A stretch of 32,000 bases of DNA, from assembly GCF_000284115.1 (NCBI RefSeq), contig NC_017080.1, positions 1,500,001 to 1,532,000 of the forward strand. The letters are read 5' to 3'. This document shows positions 31,582-32,000 of the stretch, in pieces (within the stretch, counting starts at the first letter, position 1; each line of letters starts with the position of its first letter). The DNA comes from Phycisphaera mikurensis NBRC 102666. Its GTDB lineage: Bacteria > Planctomycetota > Phycisphaerae > Phycisphaerales > Phycisphaeraceae. Below the pieces are notes generated by a model that ran no database searches, was not told the origin of the DNA, and worked only from the letters and a program-made list of their open reading frames with translations. Made by a program: the position numbers and the translations under genes.

Positions 31582-32000
31582 GCGGACTCTCCCCCACCGC
31601 CCGCCCGCTGCCGCTGCTGGTCGCCATGTACCTGGGAGCGCTCGCGCTCATGCTGCTGGCGGTGGGGCCGGCGATCTGGCTGGTGGGGGTGGCGCTCTCG
31701 CCGCCGAGCGTGCCGCTGTCGCGGCTGCCCGGGCCGAGCGAGATGACGCTGGGCAACTTCGAGGGCGCTTGGAACGAGGCGCAGCTGGGGCGGGCGCTCG
31801 CCAACTCGGTGATCGTCACCGCCGCGCAGACGCTGCTCAACGTGCTGCTTGCCGCGATGGCCGCCTACCCGCTGGCCCGCATGCGCTTCCGCGGCCGCGG
31901 GCTGGTCTTCGTGCTCGTGCTCGCGACGATCATGGTGCCCGAGCAGGTGATCCTCGTGCCGCTGTTCCGCACCGTCGTCGGCCTGGGCCTCTACGATACG
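31578..32000 (+). CDS. ABC transporter permease 2 (MalG/UgpE-like), 3'-truncated by the window end
   Basis: ATG 31578 overlaps the upstream stop (ATGA), and the frame is open to the window end. My translation is MSGLSPTARPLPLLVAMYLGALALMLLAVGPAIWLVGVALSPP...AAYPLARMRFRGRG. It is not in the ORF track because no stop is reached. Confidence 0.82.
   Translation, partial: MSGLSPTARPLPLLVAMYLGALALMLLAVGPAIWLVGVALSPPSVPLSRLPGPSEMTLGNFEGAWNEAQLGRALANSVIVTAAQTLLNVLLAAMAAYPLARMRFRGRGLVFVLVLATIMVPEQVILVPLFRTVVGLGLYDT

Overview
Very GC-rich bacterial window (well above 65% GC by eye), so long spurious ORFs appear in every frame. I chose genes by protein-family resemblance, start-codon context and stop/start overlaps. 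Prepilin-type N-terminal (DUF1559-like) proteins, PEP-CTERM proteins and GHL10 hydrolases point to Planctomycetota, probably a Phycisphaerae-like genome (inference). I support 25 protein genes, one tRNA-Pro(UGG), one pseudogene fragment and several repeats, hairpins and candidate promoters. Most genes fit an amino-sugar or peptidoglycan-fragment harvesting and catabolism locus. It includes a NagB-LmbE fusion, two GHL10 hydrolases, an Amidase_2, a SpoIID-domain protein with a PEP-CTERM anchor, and a MurQ/GCKR-like SIS protein. It also includes a class-A beta-lactamase-like hydrolase, a phosphodiester glycosidase, three Gfo/Idh/MocA oxidoreductases, an FAD oxidoreductase, an AraR-type GntR/LacI regulator and a CUT1-type ABC importer. 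No defence system, CRISPR array, transposase or prophage genes are visible. The strongest unexplained signal is a dispersed 46-bp palindromic element, CCGCGGACCG-N26-CGGTCCGCGG. It has ten copies with an invariant 26-nt interior; six are intergenic and four lie inside unrelated CDSs in the same codon phase. Other notable points: a decayed duplicate of the nagB 3' end brackets a heparinase II/III-family gene. A perfect 27-bp inverted repeat sits in the 3' end of the ABC binding-protein gene and is related to a tandem ~147-bp repeat at 2.1-2.4 kb. A near-identical AT-rich 16-mer heads two convergent operons. A PEP-CTERM protein plus pseudopilin-like protein module occurs twice, once joined directly to the ABC importer.
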